The notes beneath the pieces were generated by a model. It was not told the DNA's origin and searched no databases. It saw only the letters and a program-made list of their open reading frames with translations. A program made the position numbers and the translations under genes. A stretch of DNA of 64,000 nt, taken from an uncultured Cryomorphaceae bacterium. GTDB lineage: Bacteria > Bacteroidota > Bacteroidia > Flavobacteriales > UBA7430. The stretch lies in assembly GCA_964516765.1 (NCBI GenBank), contig CAZEWZ010000007.1, positions 4,828 to 68,827 on the forward strand. The letters run 5' to 3'. Shown here piece after piece: positions 50,601 through 59,194 of the stretch (position 1 is its first letter; each line of letters opens with the position of its first letter).

Positions 50601-53600
50601 AATATTTCCGAAGATATTCTCAGGGATTCAAGAAAAAGTTATGAAAATGGCCTACCCATAGATGGAAGTGATGAGAATATAGATACCACTGCCTGGGGGA
50701 GGGTGCCTTCTGTTCAGGCTTTGGTCAATGCTTTTAGCAGTGGAACGGATGCTAGATCCCTTCAAGATGTTGGTATAGATGGTATGAATGACGATTTAGA
50801 AAGAACTTTTATTTCTTTTGTAGGCGGAGAAACTCAATCGTATTTAGCTAAAATGAGTGCCTATCATGGAGAGGGTTCAAATGCCTATACAAAGGCTTAT
50901 AATGATCCAGCATCAGATAACTATCATTTCTACTACGGCGACGATTACAATTCTGAGGAAATAGGAATTCTTGAACGCTATAAACTATTTAATGGGTTAG
51001 AAAGGAACTCTCCCATTGATAATAATTCACAATCTTCCTATAGCCAATTACCGGATGTGGAGGATATAAATAACGATTATACTCTGAGTGAGTCCGAATC
51101 CTATTTTCAATATGAAATTAGTATGCGACCCCAAGACCTGCAAAATGTAGGTAGTAATTATATTACCTCAGTAATCGAAAATGCAGGACCTAATAACGAT
51201 ACTAGATGGATTCAGTTCAAGGTGCCTATTCGTTCGTTTGATAATAAGATTGGGAGTATCCCAGATTTTAAATCTATCCGATTCATGAGGTTATTTATGA
51301 AAGGTTTTGAGAATCAAACAGTTCTTCGATTTGCAACTCTAGATATGGTAAGAGGAGAATGGAGGAAATATTTGAATAGTCTGATTGATCCCGGGATGCC
51401 AATTGAGAATGAGCAAACTATGTTTGATATTTCTGTAGTAAATTTAGAGGAGAATGGCCGGCGAGATCCAATTAATTATGTTCTTCCTCCAGGAATTGAA
51501 CGTGAACAAATCTTGGGATCTACAAATGTTCAGCAACAAAATGAACAATCGATCAGTTTTAAAGTATGTGATTTGCAAAATGGCGATTCTAGAGGTGCTT
51601 TTAAAAATGTAACTATGGATATGCGGACTTACAACAAGATTAAGTTGTTTGTCCACGCGGAAGAAATAAGTCCCACAGAACCTCTTATAGATAGTGATTT
51701 GAGTATGTTTATTAGGGTGGGTACAGACTATAATTCAAACTATTATGAGTATGAAATCCCTTTAAAAGTTACCCCATGGGGTTCTTCAGCTCGAAGTGAT
51801 GTGTGGCCTGCGGAAAATGAGGTGGAAATTGATTTTGATTTATTAAAAGAAGCCAAGGCTGCAAGAAACAACGAAATTAGAAATGGTAATATACAGGTCA
51901 GTTTTACAGAGCCTTTTTCATACCAAGTGCCGGATGAAAATCGTAGAATATCTATTATTGGGAATCCTAATCTGGGAAATGTTCGAACTATTATGTTAGG
52001 GGTAAGAAATCCACTTTTAGATGCTGTTTTTAATCCTTTAGATGATGAGCTGCCTAAATGTGCCGAGTTGTGGATAAATGAACTTCGCCTTACCGACTTT
52101 GACGAAAGAGGCGGTTATGCAGCAAAGGCACAATTAAAAACAAGGCTTGCAGATATAGGGAGTATGACGCTTGCGGGAAACATAAGTACCGTTGGGTTTG
52201 GTAGCTTAGAGCAAAGTGTAACCGAAAGAAATAAGGAAGAAACACGACAGTATAATTTCACTTCAAATATGGAATTAGGGAAGTTATTTCCAGAAAGTGT
52301 AAATGTAAAGATACCACTATATGTGGGAATCTCGGAAACAGTTTTAACTCCTCAGTTTAACCCCTTAGATCCTGATGTTGAACTGCAAGCGACTCTCTCC
52401 GATGAAGATTTAAGTCAAGGAGCCAGAGATACATTAAAGAGCGTTACACAGAACTATACTCTAAGACGTTCTATTAATTTCACCAATGTAAGAAAAGAAC
52501 AAAGCTCAGGAGGAGGTAATAAATCCTCTCGTGAATCAGGAGGAGCTAAAGGATCTATGTCCCCGGGTAGAGGAGCTAGAGGTGGTGCGAAAAGCAAATT
52601 ATATGATATTGAGAATATCAGTTTGAGCTACTCTTACAATGAGGTGTTTAATAGGAATATTAACACTGAGTTTAGTCGTATGATTGAGCATAATGGTGGG
52701 GTAGGTTACAATTTTAGTAATAGTCCCAAAAATCACAAGCCTTTTGGTAAAATAAAATTCATTAAAAAGTCAAAGTACTTGAGGCTAATTAAGGACTTTA
52801 ATTTTTACTTACTCCCAAGAACTATCTCTATGCGCACGGACTTTAATAAGTCTTACTCTGAGACAAAAATGAGGAATATCGCGAGTTTAAATACTACCCA
52901 AGCACTAAATATTGTTGAACCTGATACTATGTTCAATAAGTTATTTAATCTCACGCAAAATTACAATCTCAAGTATGACTTAACCAGAAGTTTAAAATTA
53001 AATTTCTCTTCTAACACTCGATCTGTTGTGGATGAACCACTGGGCAAGGTGGATACTCAAGAGGAAAGAGATGCCTTGAGAGATAGTGTTTTATCTTTTG
53101 GTCGACCTACTATGTATCACCATCAATTTGATGCCAGATATACGGTGCCTATTAATAAGTTTCCTCTTACTGATTGGATTAGTTTGACATTAAATTACGA
53201 TGGAACCTATGATTGGAATGCAGGTTCGATTGCCTTAATTAACGATTCAATTAATTTGGGTAACACAATTCAAAACTCTAATAAAAAAAGAATCAATGCC
53301 CAATTAAACATGAAAACCTTTTATAATAAGGTGCCTTTTTTAAAGAAATTAAATTCCAATGCTAGCTCGAAAACAGGAAGAGGTGGGAAAAGTGATCCAC
53401 GAGGAGGACGCTCAGGATCAAAATCAGACGCCAAAGACTCTAAAGCAAAGAAAACTCCTTCAGGCAATGACTCTAAAAATCAAAAAGAGACTAACGAAAA
53501 TAACGAAGACGAAGAAAAAGAAAATGTGTTTGCTAAAGTCTTGGAGCATGTTGCACGAACGATTATTTCCGTAAAAAATGTAACTTTAAGTTATGATGAA

Positions 53601-54935
53601 ACCAATAGAACAATGATACCGGGATTCCTTCCTAGGTCGGGATTTATGGGGTTTGAAGAAAGATTTGATATAACTTCTGCCCCAGGATGGAGATTTTTGT
53701 TTGGTGACCAACAAAATATGAGACCGATTCTTATTCAGAATAAATGGATTACATCAGATACTTTATTGAATCAACAATATACACAGCAATATACTTCCAG
53801 ATTAAATTTTAGATCTACTCTTGAGCCTATTCGAAAGTTACGGATTCAGTTGACAGCTCAAAGAAGTCAAAATAGAAACAATTCTGAAACATACCGAAAT
53901 ATTGGTGGTATTGAATCCCCTGTATTTGAATCCTTAAACCAAAATGAGACAGGAAGCTTTACAATGTCTTTCCTGGCTATTGGAACTGCTTTTAGGCCAA
54001 TGAATTTAAATTCATCAGAAACCTTTGACGATTTTAGAAATATACGTTCTGAAATTTCAAAACGTCTAGCCGCTCAATATAATATCGCTTATGACCCTTC
54101 GGATCCTTATGCTATTGGTTTAGGACCAAGTTCTCAAGAGGTTCTCATTCCAGCATTCATGGCTGCTTACTCAGGAAAAAGCGCTTCTTTGCAGACACTA
54201 GATAAATTTCCAGCCATCCCGATGCCTAACTGGACTGTGAAATATGATGGTTTAATTAATATTCCATGGGTGAAAAAAAGATTTAAGACTGCTTCAATTT
54301 CTCATGGATACAGCTCTACCTATTCTGTGAATTCATATCAAACAAATCTTTTTTATGGTGCTCTAGAAAATCCCTTTACCGGAACAATAGAATCAAATCC
54401 TGAGAATTTCGATGCCAATGGAAATTATCTTACTCAATATCAAATGCAAACCATTAATATCAGTGAGCAGTTTAATCCACTCATAAAGCTAGATGTAACT
54501 CTCAATAATAGTTTGACTACCCGAATGGAGTTTAGTAAAGACCGCCAAGTTTCGTTGAGTTTAAGTAATAACCAAATACAAGAGCAATCTGGTAAGAGTT
54601 TTACCCTTGGGGTAGGTTATCGGCTGACAGATTTTGAAATTAATCTTTCTACGGCAAACGGAAATAAAACCTTTTCTTCTAATTTAGATTTGAATTTGGA
54701 TGTCTCGGTAAGAAAAACAGCTTCAGCAATCAGAAGCCTTGAAGAAAATACCCATCAGCCCGTTAGTGGAAGTACAGATGTATCTATTAAGACCTCTGCT
54801 GATTATGTATTAAGTGAGCGAATCAATATTCAGTTGTTTTACGATCGAATAGTCAAGAAATATGAAGTTGCTAACTCTTTTGATACTGTGAACAGTAGTT
54901 TTGGTATTAAACTTCGTTTCTCATTTGGTAGTTAA
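47652..54935 (+). CDS. sprA: T9SS outer-membrane translocon SprA/Sov
   Basis: 2427 aa; RIFGGNTVDIRPQG, FDQSIQMNVIGKIG, NQMKLEYSG, WNLLMKNVY, YIDDFE, ELWINELR; C-terminal barrel signal FGIKLRFSFG; ruvA-sprA synteny. Confidence 0.95.
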   Translation: MRYSNAVIIYFTFIIFLLFTITVKGQDDSLSLPYPQMLFGLPDNFEESIEYNVEMGEFRFQNNIGTFSIDRPKFMSESSYKTWLFNQQVHDYWRQKVQSNLLNQGVAGTKPKLQIGGESFSRIFGGNTVDIRPQGAAELTFAGNVDKTKNPNLTENQQNNASFNFDQSIQMNVIGKIGTKLSLRTNYDTKSQFDFENQMKLEYSGDEDQIIKKIELGNVSLPLSGSLISGTQSLFGMKTQFQFGKTTLTAVFSEQKSETSTIRVDGGAQTTNFEIFADSYEANKHFFLGQYFYDNYDNSLSNMPIVTSNITITNIEVWVTNKTGVTQNVRNILAFQDLGENINQVYNSQISPGTSNGYNPDNENNSLAPSNLVLDFPNIRNVSQVTTLLNSAGFEQSVDFEKIENAKKLTNSEYSFDPRLGFISLNQALNSDEVLGVAYQYTVNGAVSQVGELSMDISSPDVLVLKLLKSTTINIDLPMWNLLMKNVYSLGAYQVNKEDFDLQILYQDDESGTPLPYIPEEGMSGELLIQKMNLDNLNQNNDPGPNGVFDFIPDLTIRTSNGRVYLPAKEPFGSYLRAKFIEAGLTNTLADQYVFEALYDSTQTAASQVAELNKFILKGQYKSSSGADIPLNAMSIPQGSVTVSMGGAPLEENVHYTVDYNLGRVKIIDEGILSSGQQIEVQLENNSGYTWMTKRYLGLHADYKYSDNLIFGATLLNLSENSQSPKINMGDEPISNTIWGFNGSYKTDAPLLTKLIDKLPLIQTKEKSNIVLTGEFAQFIPGHPKSINVDKTGTAYIDDFENSQSPIDLRSSLAWNLASVPQDEMLFPEAILTNDLRYGYNRALMSWYTINSDLQRETAYSPSHLNDEDREAPYVREISINEIFPDKDIPHGQPLRLRTFDLAFYPNERGPYNFDVEGEAGISFGVNQEGDLNNPSSRWGGVVREIDNNNFEAANIEFLEFWMMDPFIENPTAPGGDFYINLGNISEDILRDSRKSYENGLPIDGSDENIDTTAWGRVPSVQALVNAFSSGTDARSLQDVGIDGMNDDLERTFISFVGGETQSYLAKMSAYHGEGSNAYTKAYNDPASDNYHFYYGDDYNSEEIGILERYKLFNGLERNSPIDNNSQSSYSQLPDVEDINNDYTLSESESYFQYEISMRPQDLQNVGSNYITSVIENAGPNNDTRWIQFKVPIRSFDNKIGSIPDFKSIRFMRLFMKGFENQTVLRFATLDMVRGEWRKYLNSLIDPGMPIENEQTMFDISVVNLEENGRRDPINYVLPPGIEREQILGSTNVQQQNEQSISFKVCDLQNGDSRGAFKNVTMDMRTYNKIKLFVHAEEISPTEPLIDSDLSMFIRVGTDYNSNYYEYEIPLKVTPWGSSARSDVWPAENEVEIDFDLLKEAKAARNNEIRNGNIQVSFTEPFSYQVPDENRRISIIGNPNLGNVRTIMLGVRNPLLDAVFNPLDDELPKCAELWINELRLTDFDERGGYAAKAQLKTRLADIGSMTLAGNISTVGFGSLEQSVTERNKEETRQYNFTSNMELGKLFPESVNVKIPLYVGISETVLTPQFNPLDPDVELQATLSDEDLSQGARDTLKSVTQNYTLRRSINFTNVRKEQSSGGGNKSSRESGGAKGSMSPGRGARGGAKSKLYDIENISLSYSYNEVFNRNINTEFSRMIEHNGGVGYNFSNSPKNHKPFGKIKFIKKSKYLRLIKDFNFYLLPRTISMRTDFNKSYSETKMRNIASLNTTQALNIVEPDTMFNKLFNLTQNYNLKYDLTRSLKLNFSSNTRSVVDEPLGKVDTQEERDALRDSVLSFGRPTMYHHQFDARYTVPINKFPLTDWISLTLNYDGTYDWNAGSIALINDSINLGNTIQNSNKKRINAQLNMKTFYNKVPFLKKLNSNASSKTGRGGKSDPRGGRSGSKSDAKDSKAKKTPSGNDSKNQKETNENNEDEEKENVFAKVLEHVARTIISVKNVTLSYDETNRTMIPGFLPRSGFMGFEERFDITSAPGWRFLFGDQQNMRPILIQNKWITSDTLLNQQYTQQYTSRLNFRSTLEPIRKLRIQLTAQRSQNRNNSETYRNIGGIESPVFESLNQNETGSFTMSFLAIGTAFRPMNLNSSETFDDFRNIRSEISKRLAAQYNIAYDPSDPYAIGLGPSSQEVLIPAFMAAYSGKSASLQTLDKFPAIPMPNWTVKYDGLINIPWVKKRFKTASISHGYSSTYSVNSYQTNLFYGALENPFTGTIESNPENFDANGNYLTQYQMQTINISEQFNPLIKLDVTLNNSLTTRMEFSKDRQVSLSLSNNQIQEQSGKSFTLGVGYRLTDFEINLSTANGNKTFSSNLDLNLDVSVRKTASAIRSLEENTHQPVSGSTDVSIKTSADYVLSERINIQLFYDRIVKKYEVANSFDTVNSSFGIKLRFSFGS

Positions 54936-55263
54936 AATAAAACCTATATTGTGTTAAAGTTTATTTGTTAATAACTTTAGTAACACTCGCAGGTAAAAAA
55001 ACTAGCTGACTTTGCCTTACAAAATTTTTAAATCTAATTATACTTTATCAGTGACTATTGATAAAATGTAATATGCTGAAAATTATGAATCATATAACCT
55101 CGCACATTTATTACTACACTAATACTTCTCTCAGTATCAAAAGTGATAGAAAACATCCTTATTTTGAAATTATTATTTTTCACATTGATTTTTATTTAAA
55201 GCTCATTTTTAAAAAGAACATGTATCTTTAACAATAAATTAAAAGTCAAATTAAACTCTAAAT

Positions 55264-56850
55264 ATGAAAAATCTTTTACAATTTAGCACCATTATTTTGC
55301 TGCTAAGCTCATTTATTACTAATGCTCAGACTCTTCTATCCGAAAATTTTGAAGATGGTATTGGTGCCTGGACCACAGTAGATTCTGATGGTGACGGTGT
55401 TAATTGGTTAATTGCTGATTACGGTGATGGTAATGTAGCTATTTCTCAATCATGGACTGATAACACTATTTTATATCCAGACAACTGGTTAATTTCTGAG
55501 TCAATGGATTTTTCTTCTGTTACTAATCCTAATCTTTTTTGGAAAGTCAAAGCACAAGATCCGGCTTGGGCAGATGAAAATTATACTGTTTATGTCTCCA
55601 CTTCCTCTGACATTAATATGCTAGAGACATCTGAAATTTCATTTAATGAAGTTGTTGGAGTATCGGGTGGAGAATATATGACAAGAGCCCTTGACTTATC
55701 CTCACTTGTCGGAGAAGCTAGCGTTTTTGTAGCTTTTAGACATCATAATGTTTCTGACATGTTCAATATTAATATTGATGATATAATAGTTGCCGATGTA
55801 GTTGGAGATAATGTAGATGTAACTTTATCTTCTTCTAATTACAATGTGGCTACTAGTCCTAATGCTTCCGCTCAATTTACTTTTAATGTAACTAGTTTTG
55901 GAGCTGGAGATTTATCTGATTATGAGTTTCAATATACCATAGACGGTCAAATATCCACTATCAATAGTTCATCCAGTATCGCTTTGGGAGAGTCTGCATC
56001 TTACAGCATTGATTTAACTTTTGGTGAATATACCGCCAGTGTTCAAGTCCTAAATTCCGCAGGAGAACTTATTGGAGAAGAGGTGTTTAACCTTTCAGTA
56101 GTAGCTCCTGTTCCTAATTTTTCTTTAACTGATTCATATGGCAGCCAACATGACTTGTACGAAACTATTGAAAAAGGTGATGTAGTTCTTTTAGATTTCA
56201 TGGCTTCATGGTGTGGGCCATGCGAAACGTCAACCCCTGAAATTAATTCAGTTTGGGAAGATTATGGTGAAGGCATTTCTGGTTTTCAAGTTTTTTCTTT
56301 TACCACCGAACCTACAGATAATAACTCAATTATAAACAACTTAGGTTGGGGAGGCTATTATCCCAAGTTTTCATATACAGAAGAAGGGAATAATTTATAT
56401 GCGCATTACAATTCACTTTATGGAGAGGATGGTATTCCATTGTTTATTATGATTTGTCCAGATGTAAACAATCCAGGTTTTTCTGAAGTTTCATGGTCCA
56501 CAGTTGGTTGGGCTGGCGGAGGTCAATCTCAGAATGAGACAGAAAATGCTTTATTAGACTGTAATCCTTCACTTGATATTGAACTATTATCTACTCATGA
56601 ATCGGTTGTGATTTATCCGAATCCTTCGTCTTCTAATGTTTATGTTGAACTTGATTTAAGTGACACTAAAGAGGTTACTGTTGAGGTCTTAAATCTTCTG
56701 GGTGAGATAGTTTACGTTTATTCCGAAAGCCACACCGCTGGTATTTCTACGTTTCAGTTGACTTCTGAAAATTGGTCTAATGGAATTTATCAGATCAATA
56801 TGCAAATTGATAATGAGTGGATTTCCAGGTCATTAGAGATTATAAAATAA
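55264..56850 (+). CDS. T9SS cargo: cleaved-adhesin (choice-of-anchor J) + Ig-like + thioredoxin-like (WCGPC) + type A CTD
   Basis: ENFE...WTTVDSDGDG...PDNWLIS...ENYTVYVST...VAFRHHN...IDDI; PNFSLTD...LLDFMASWCGPC...GIP; IYPNPSS CTD. Confidence 0.88.
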   Translation: MKNLLQFSTIILLLSSFITNAQTLLSENFEDGIGAWTTVDSDGDGVNWLIADYGDGNVAISQSWTDNTILYPDNWLISESMDFSSVTNPNLFWKVKAQDPAWADENYTVYVSTSSDINMLETSEISFNEVVGVSGGEYMTRALDLSSLVGEASVFVAFRHHNVSDMFNINIDDIIVADVVGDNVDVTLSSSNYNVATSPNASAQFTFNVTSFGAGDLSDYEFQYTIDGQISTINSSSSIALGESASYSIDLTFGEYTASVQVLNSAGELIGEEVFNLSVVAPVPNFSLTDSYGSQHDLYETIEKGDVVLLDFMASWCGPCETSTPEINSVWEDYGEGISGFQVFSFTTEPTDNNSIINNLGWGGYYPKFSYTEEGNNLYAHYNSLYGEDGIPLFIMICPDVNNPGFSEVSWSTVGWAGGGQSQNETENALLDCNPSLDIELLSTHESVVIYPNPSSSNVYVELDLSDTKEVTVEVLNLLGEIVYVYSESHTAGISTFQLTSENWSNGIYQINMQIDNEWISRSLEIIK

Positions 56851-56868
56851 ATCTTGGTTTATCTTTTT

Positions 56869-56900
56869 AAAAAGGCTTCCTAGTTTTAGGAAGCCTTTTT
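56869..56900 (+). terminator. Intrinsic terminator
   Basis: AAAAAGGCTTCCTA-GTTT-TAGGAAGCCTTTTT perfect 14-bp stem followed by T. Confidence 0.92.
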
Positions 56901-56903
56901 TAT

Positions 56904-56911
56904 TAACTTTG
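56904..56911 (+). promoter_or_regulatory. Bacteroidota -7 box for the second redoxin gene
   Basis: TAACTTTG directly after the terminator, about 32 nt before the ATG. Confidence 0.65.
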
Positions 56912-56943
56912 TATTTAATATTTAGTTAAAACTTAATAATCAG

Positions 56944-58416
56944 ATGATGAAAAAATTGTTTTTTATTTTTTATTTTGCCATGATTCCTTTCGGAGTATCA
57001 TTTGCACAACTTCCATCTGGTTCTGTAGCCCCAAATTTCATTATTACAGATATCGATGGGGTAGAACATAATTTGTTTGAGATTTTAGATTCAGGAAAGT
57101 CAGTTTTGTTAGATCTTTTTGCCGTTTGGTGTGGTCCCTGTTGGACCTTTGCGGAAACAGGTGTTTTTGAAGATTTTAACAATACATATGGAAACTCAAT
57201 TTTAGCTATAGCTGTCGAAGCAGACCCTAGTACTCCAGTTGATTATCTTAATGGAGGAGGTAATTCAATAGGTGATTGGACAGAGTTGATAGGATATTCA
57301 CTTGCAAATGATGATTCCATCGGAGATAATTATGCACTAGCTTTTTATCCTACGATTTATTTGATTTGTCCAGATCGTACTGTAAATGAGATTGGCCAGA
57401 CCTCTCCTCAAGGAGGATATTGGAATGTTCCATCTCTTGCTCAAGAAGTATTCCAATATACATGTGAATCCATTGAAGGAATAAATGGTAATATTCAATC
57501 CTACAATTCAGAACTCAACTTTTGTGGACAAGAGAAAATTGAGCCAGTAGTGAGTATATCAAACTCTGGTAGCGAAGTAATCACATTTTGCACAGTAGAA
57601 ACAATTGTTGATGGAGAAGTCGTCAGTTCTACAGATTGGAACGGATTCCTTCCTTATCTAGCTACCGAACAAGTAGTTTTGGAGGAAATTCCCGGAAATC
57701 TGTTAAATGTTACATTTAATATTCAGGTTGAAGACGATGTTCTTGAAACAGACAATAGTATTTCTGTTCAATTTATTCCATCTCCTCAATCACATGGTTT
57801 TATTGAAATACAGGTTAATACAGATTTCTATCCAAACCAAACTTCATGGGAAATTAAAAATTCTTCTGGTCAAGTGGTTGCCTCTCAGTCTTATGAGGGT
57901 GAAGCTTTAGGTGGTGGACCAAACGCAGGTGCTGAGCTAAATCATTCTGTTACCTTAGAACAAGATTGTTATACATTTATTGCAATGGATTCTGAAGGAA
58001 ACGGACAACCTTCTTTTTCTGCACCGGGATATACCCAAGCAGGTTCTGTTTTAGTGACAGATGCCAATGGATTAGAATTAATGAATATTTCAGGCGATTG
58101 GGGCTCAATGCAATCAGTTGACTTTGAGGTTTCCCAAGGATTAGGAATCGATTCTGAAATCAATCCATTTCTTTCCTTATTTCCTAATCCATCTTCTTCC
58201 AAAGCATCTTTAAAAGTTAATTTATTAGAGACAGAAGAAATTTATATCCAAGTAATCAATATCTTCGGACAGTCAATTTTTGTCTATCATAAGGTTTTGT
58301 CTGAGGGAATACATGAGGTTGATATCCCTTTGATGTATTGGGATTCTGGAATTTATTTTGTTGAAATGAATTTGGGTGGTCATTCTCAAACACAAAAATT
58401 GATTGTAACGGACTAA
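56944..58416 (+). CDS. T9SS cargo: thioredoxin-like (WCGPC) + CARDB/Ig-like + beta-sandwich module + type A CTD
   Basis: Signal peptide; APNFIITDIDG...LLDLFAVWCGPCW...YPTIYLICPD; DVLETDNS; TDFYPNQTSW...CYTFIAMDSEGNG; LFPNPSS CTD. Confidence 0.88.
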   Translation: MMKKLFFIFYFAMIPFGVSFAQLPSGSVAPNFIITDIDGVEHNLFEILDSGKSVLLDLFAVWCGPCWTFAETGVFEDFNNTYGNSILAIAVEADPSTPVDYLNGGGNSIGDWTELIGYSLANDDSIGDNYALAFYPTIYLICPDRTVNEIGQTSPQGGYWNVPSLAQEVFQYTCESIEGINGNIQSYNSELNFCGQEKIEPVVSISNSGSEVITFCTVETIVDGEVVSSTDWNGFLPYLATEQVVLEEIPGNLLNVTFNIQVEDDVLETDNSISVQFIPSPQSHGFIEIQVNTDFYPNQTSWEIKNSSGQVVASQSYEGEALGGGPNAGAELNHSVTLEQDCYTFIAMDSEGNGQPSFSAPGYTQAGSVLVTDANGLELMNISGDWGSMQSVDFEVSQGLGIDSEINPFLSLFPNPSSSKASLKVNLLETEEIYIQVINIFGQSIFVYHKVLSEGIHEVDIPLMYWDSGIYFVEMNLGGHSQTQKLIVTD

Positions 58417-58488
58417 TTTCATGTAATCTGATCTATACTTAATAAGTATTGGTATGTAATTTGTAGAATAAATTAAAAACTAACAATT

Positions 58489-59172
58489 ATGAAAAATTAT
58501 TTACTTACATTTATTTCTCTAATTAGCTTGACAGTATTTTCGCAGTCTCTGTCTATTGAGCCTCAGGAATATTATTTCTCCCCTTTTGGAGAACTATGTA
58601 ATGCTGATTTAGATATTACCAACCTGAGCACTCAAGATGTAAGTGTTCATGTTACTAGATCTGTAATTACAGATGTATCGAATTATTTCTGTTGGGGAAT
58701 CACATGTTATCCACCAAATAGCGATGCAATATTTACCTCAAGTAATCCTTTATTAATTCCAGCCGGTGAGACTCTTACTGGTGCTAATTCTTTTAAAGGC
58801 ACTGTAAATAATTTGCCTGAAGAATCTAGTTTATCGATTAACTATTGTTTTTGGATAGAAGGTAGTCCAGATGATGAGGTTTGTACAGATTTAATCTATA
58901 CAAATAAAGATATGTACGTCTCTTCGTCTGATATTTCTTTTATTCCAGAAATTTTCCCAAACCCAGCATTCAATCAGCTGAAAATAAAAGTAAAAGATGG
59001 TGTTGAATCTGAATTTATCCTGTTCGACATGCTCGGGAATAAAGTACTTCACAAAAAGATGCAAATCTCTTCAGTTATTAATATAAGTTCACTCGAATCT
59101 GGGATTTATTTCTATTCTTTTAATGTCCAGGGAGAAGATTCTGAGGTTCAAAAGCTAGTTGTCTCACATTAG
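58489..59172 (+). CDS. Small T9SS cargo, Ig-like domain with YFCWGITCY motif + type A CTD
   Basis: Signal peptide, IFPNPAFN...LFDMLGN...GIYFY...QKLVVSH. Confidence 0.85.
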   Translation: MKNYLLTFISLISLTVFSQSLSIEPQEYYFSPFGELCNADLDITNLSTQDVSVHVTRSVITDVSNYFCWGITCYPPNSDAIFTSSNPLLIPAGETLTGANSFKGTVNNLPEESSLSINYCFWIEGSPDDEVCTDLIYTNKDMYVSSSDISFIPEIFPNPAFNQLKIKVKDGVESEFILFDMLGNKVLHKKMQISSVINISSLESGIYFYSFNVQGEDSEVQKLVVSH

Positions 59173-59194
59173 CCAATTACATGAAATACTAACC

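Noticed and set aside
54992-55006. Possible sigma54 site AGG...GC upstream of the redoxin cluster
   Set aside because: GG-to-GC spacing is 11 nt rather than the required 10.
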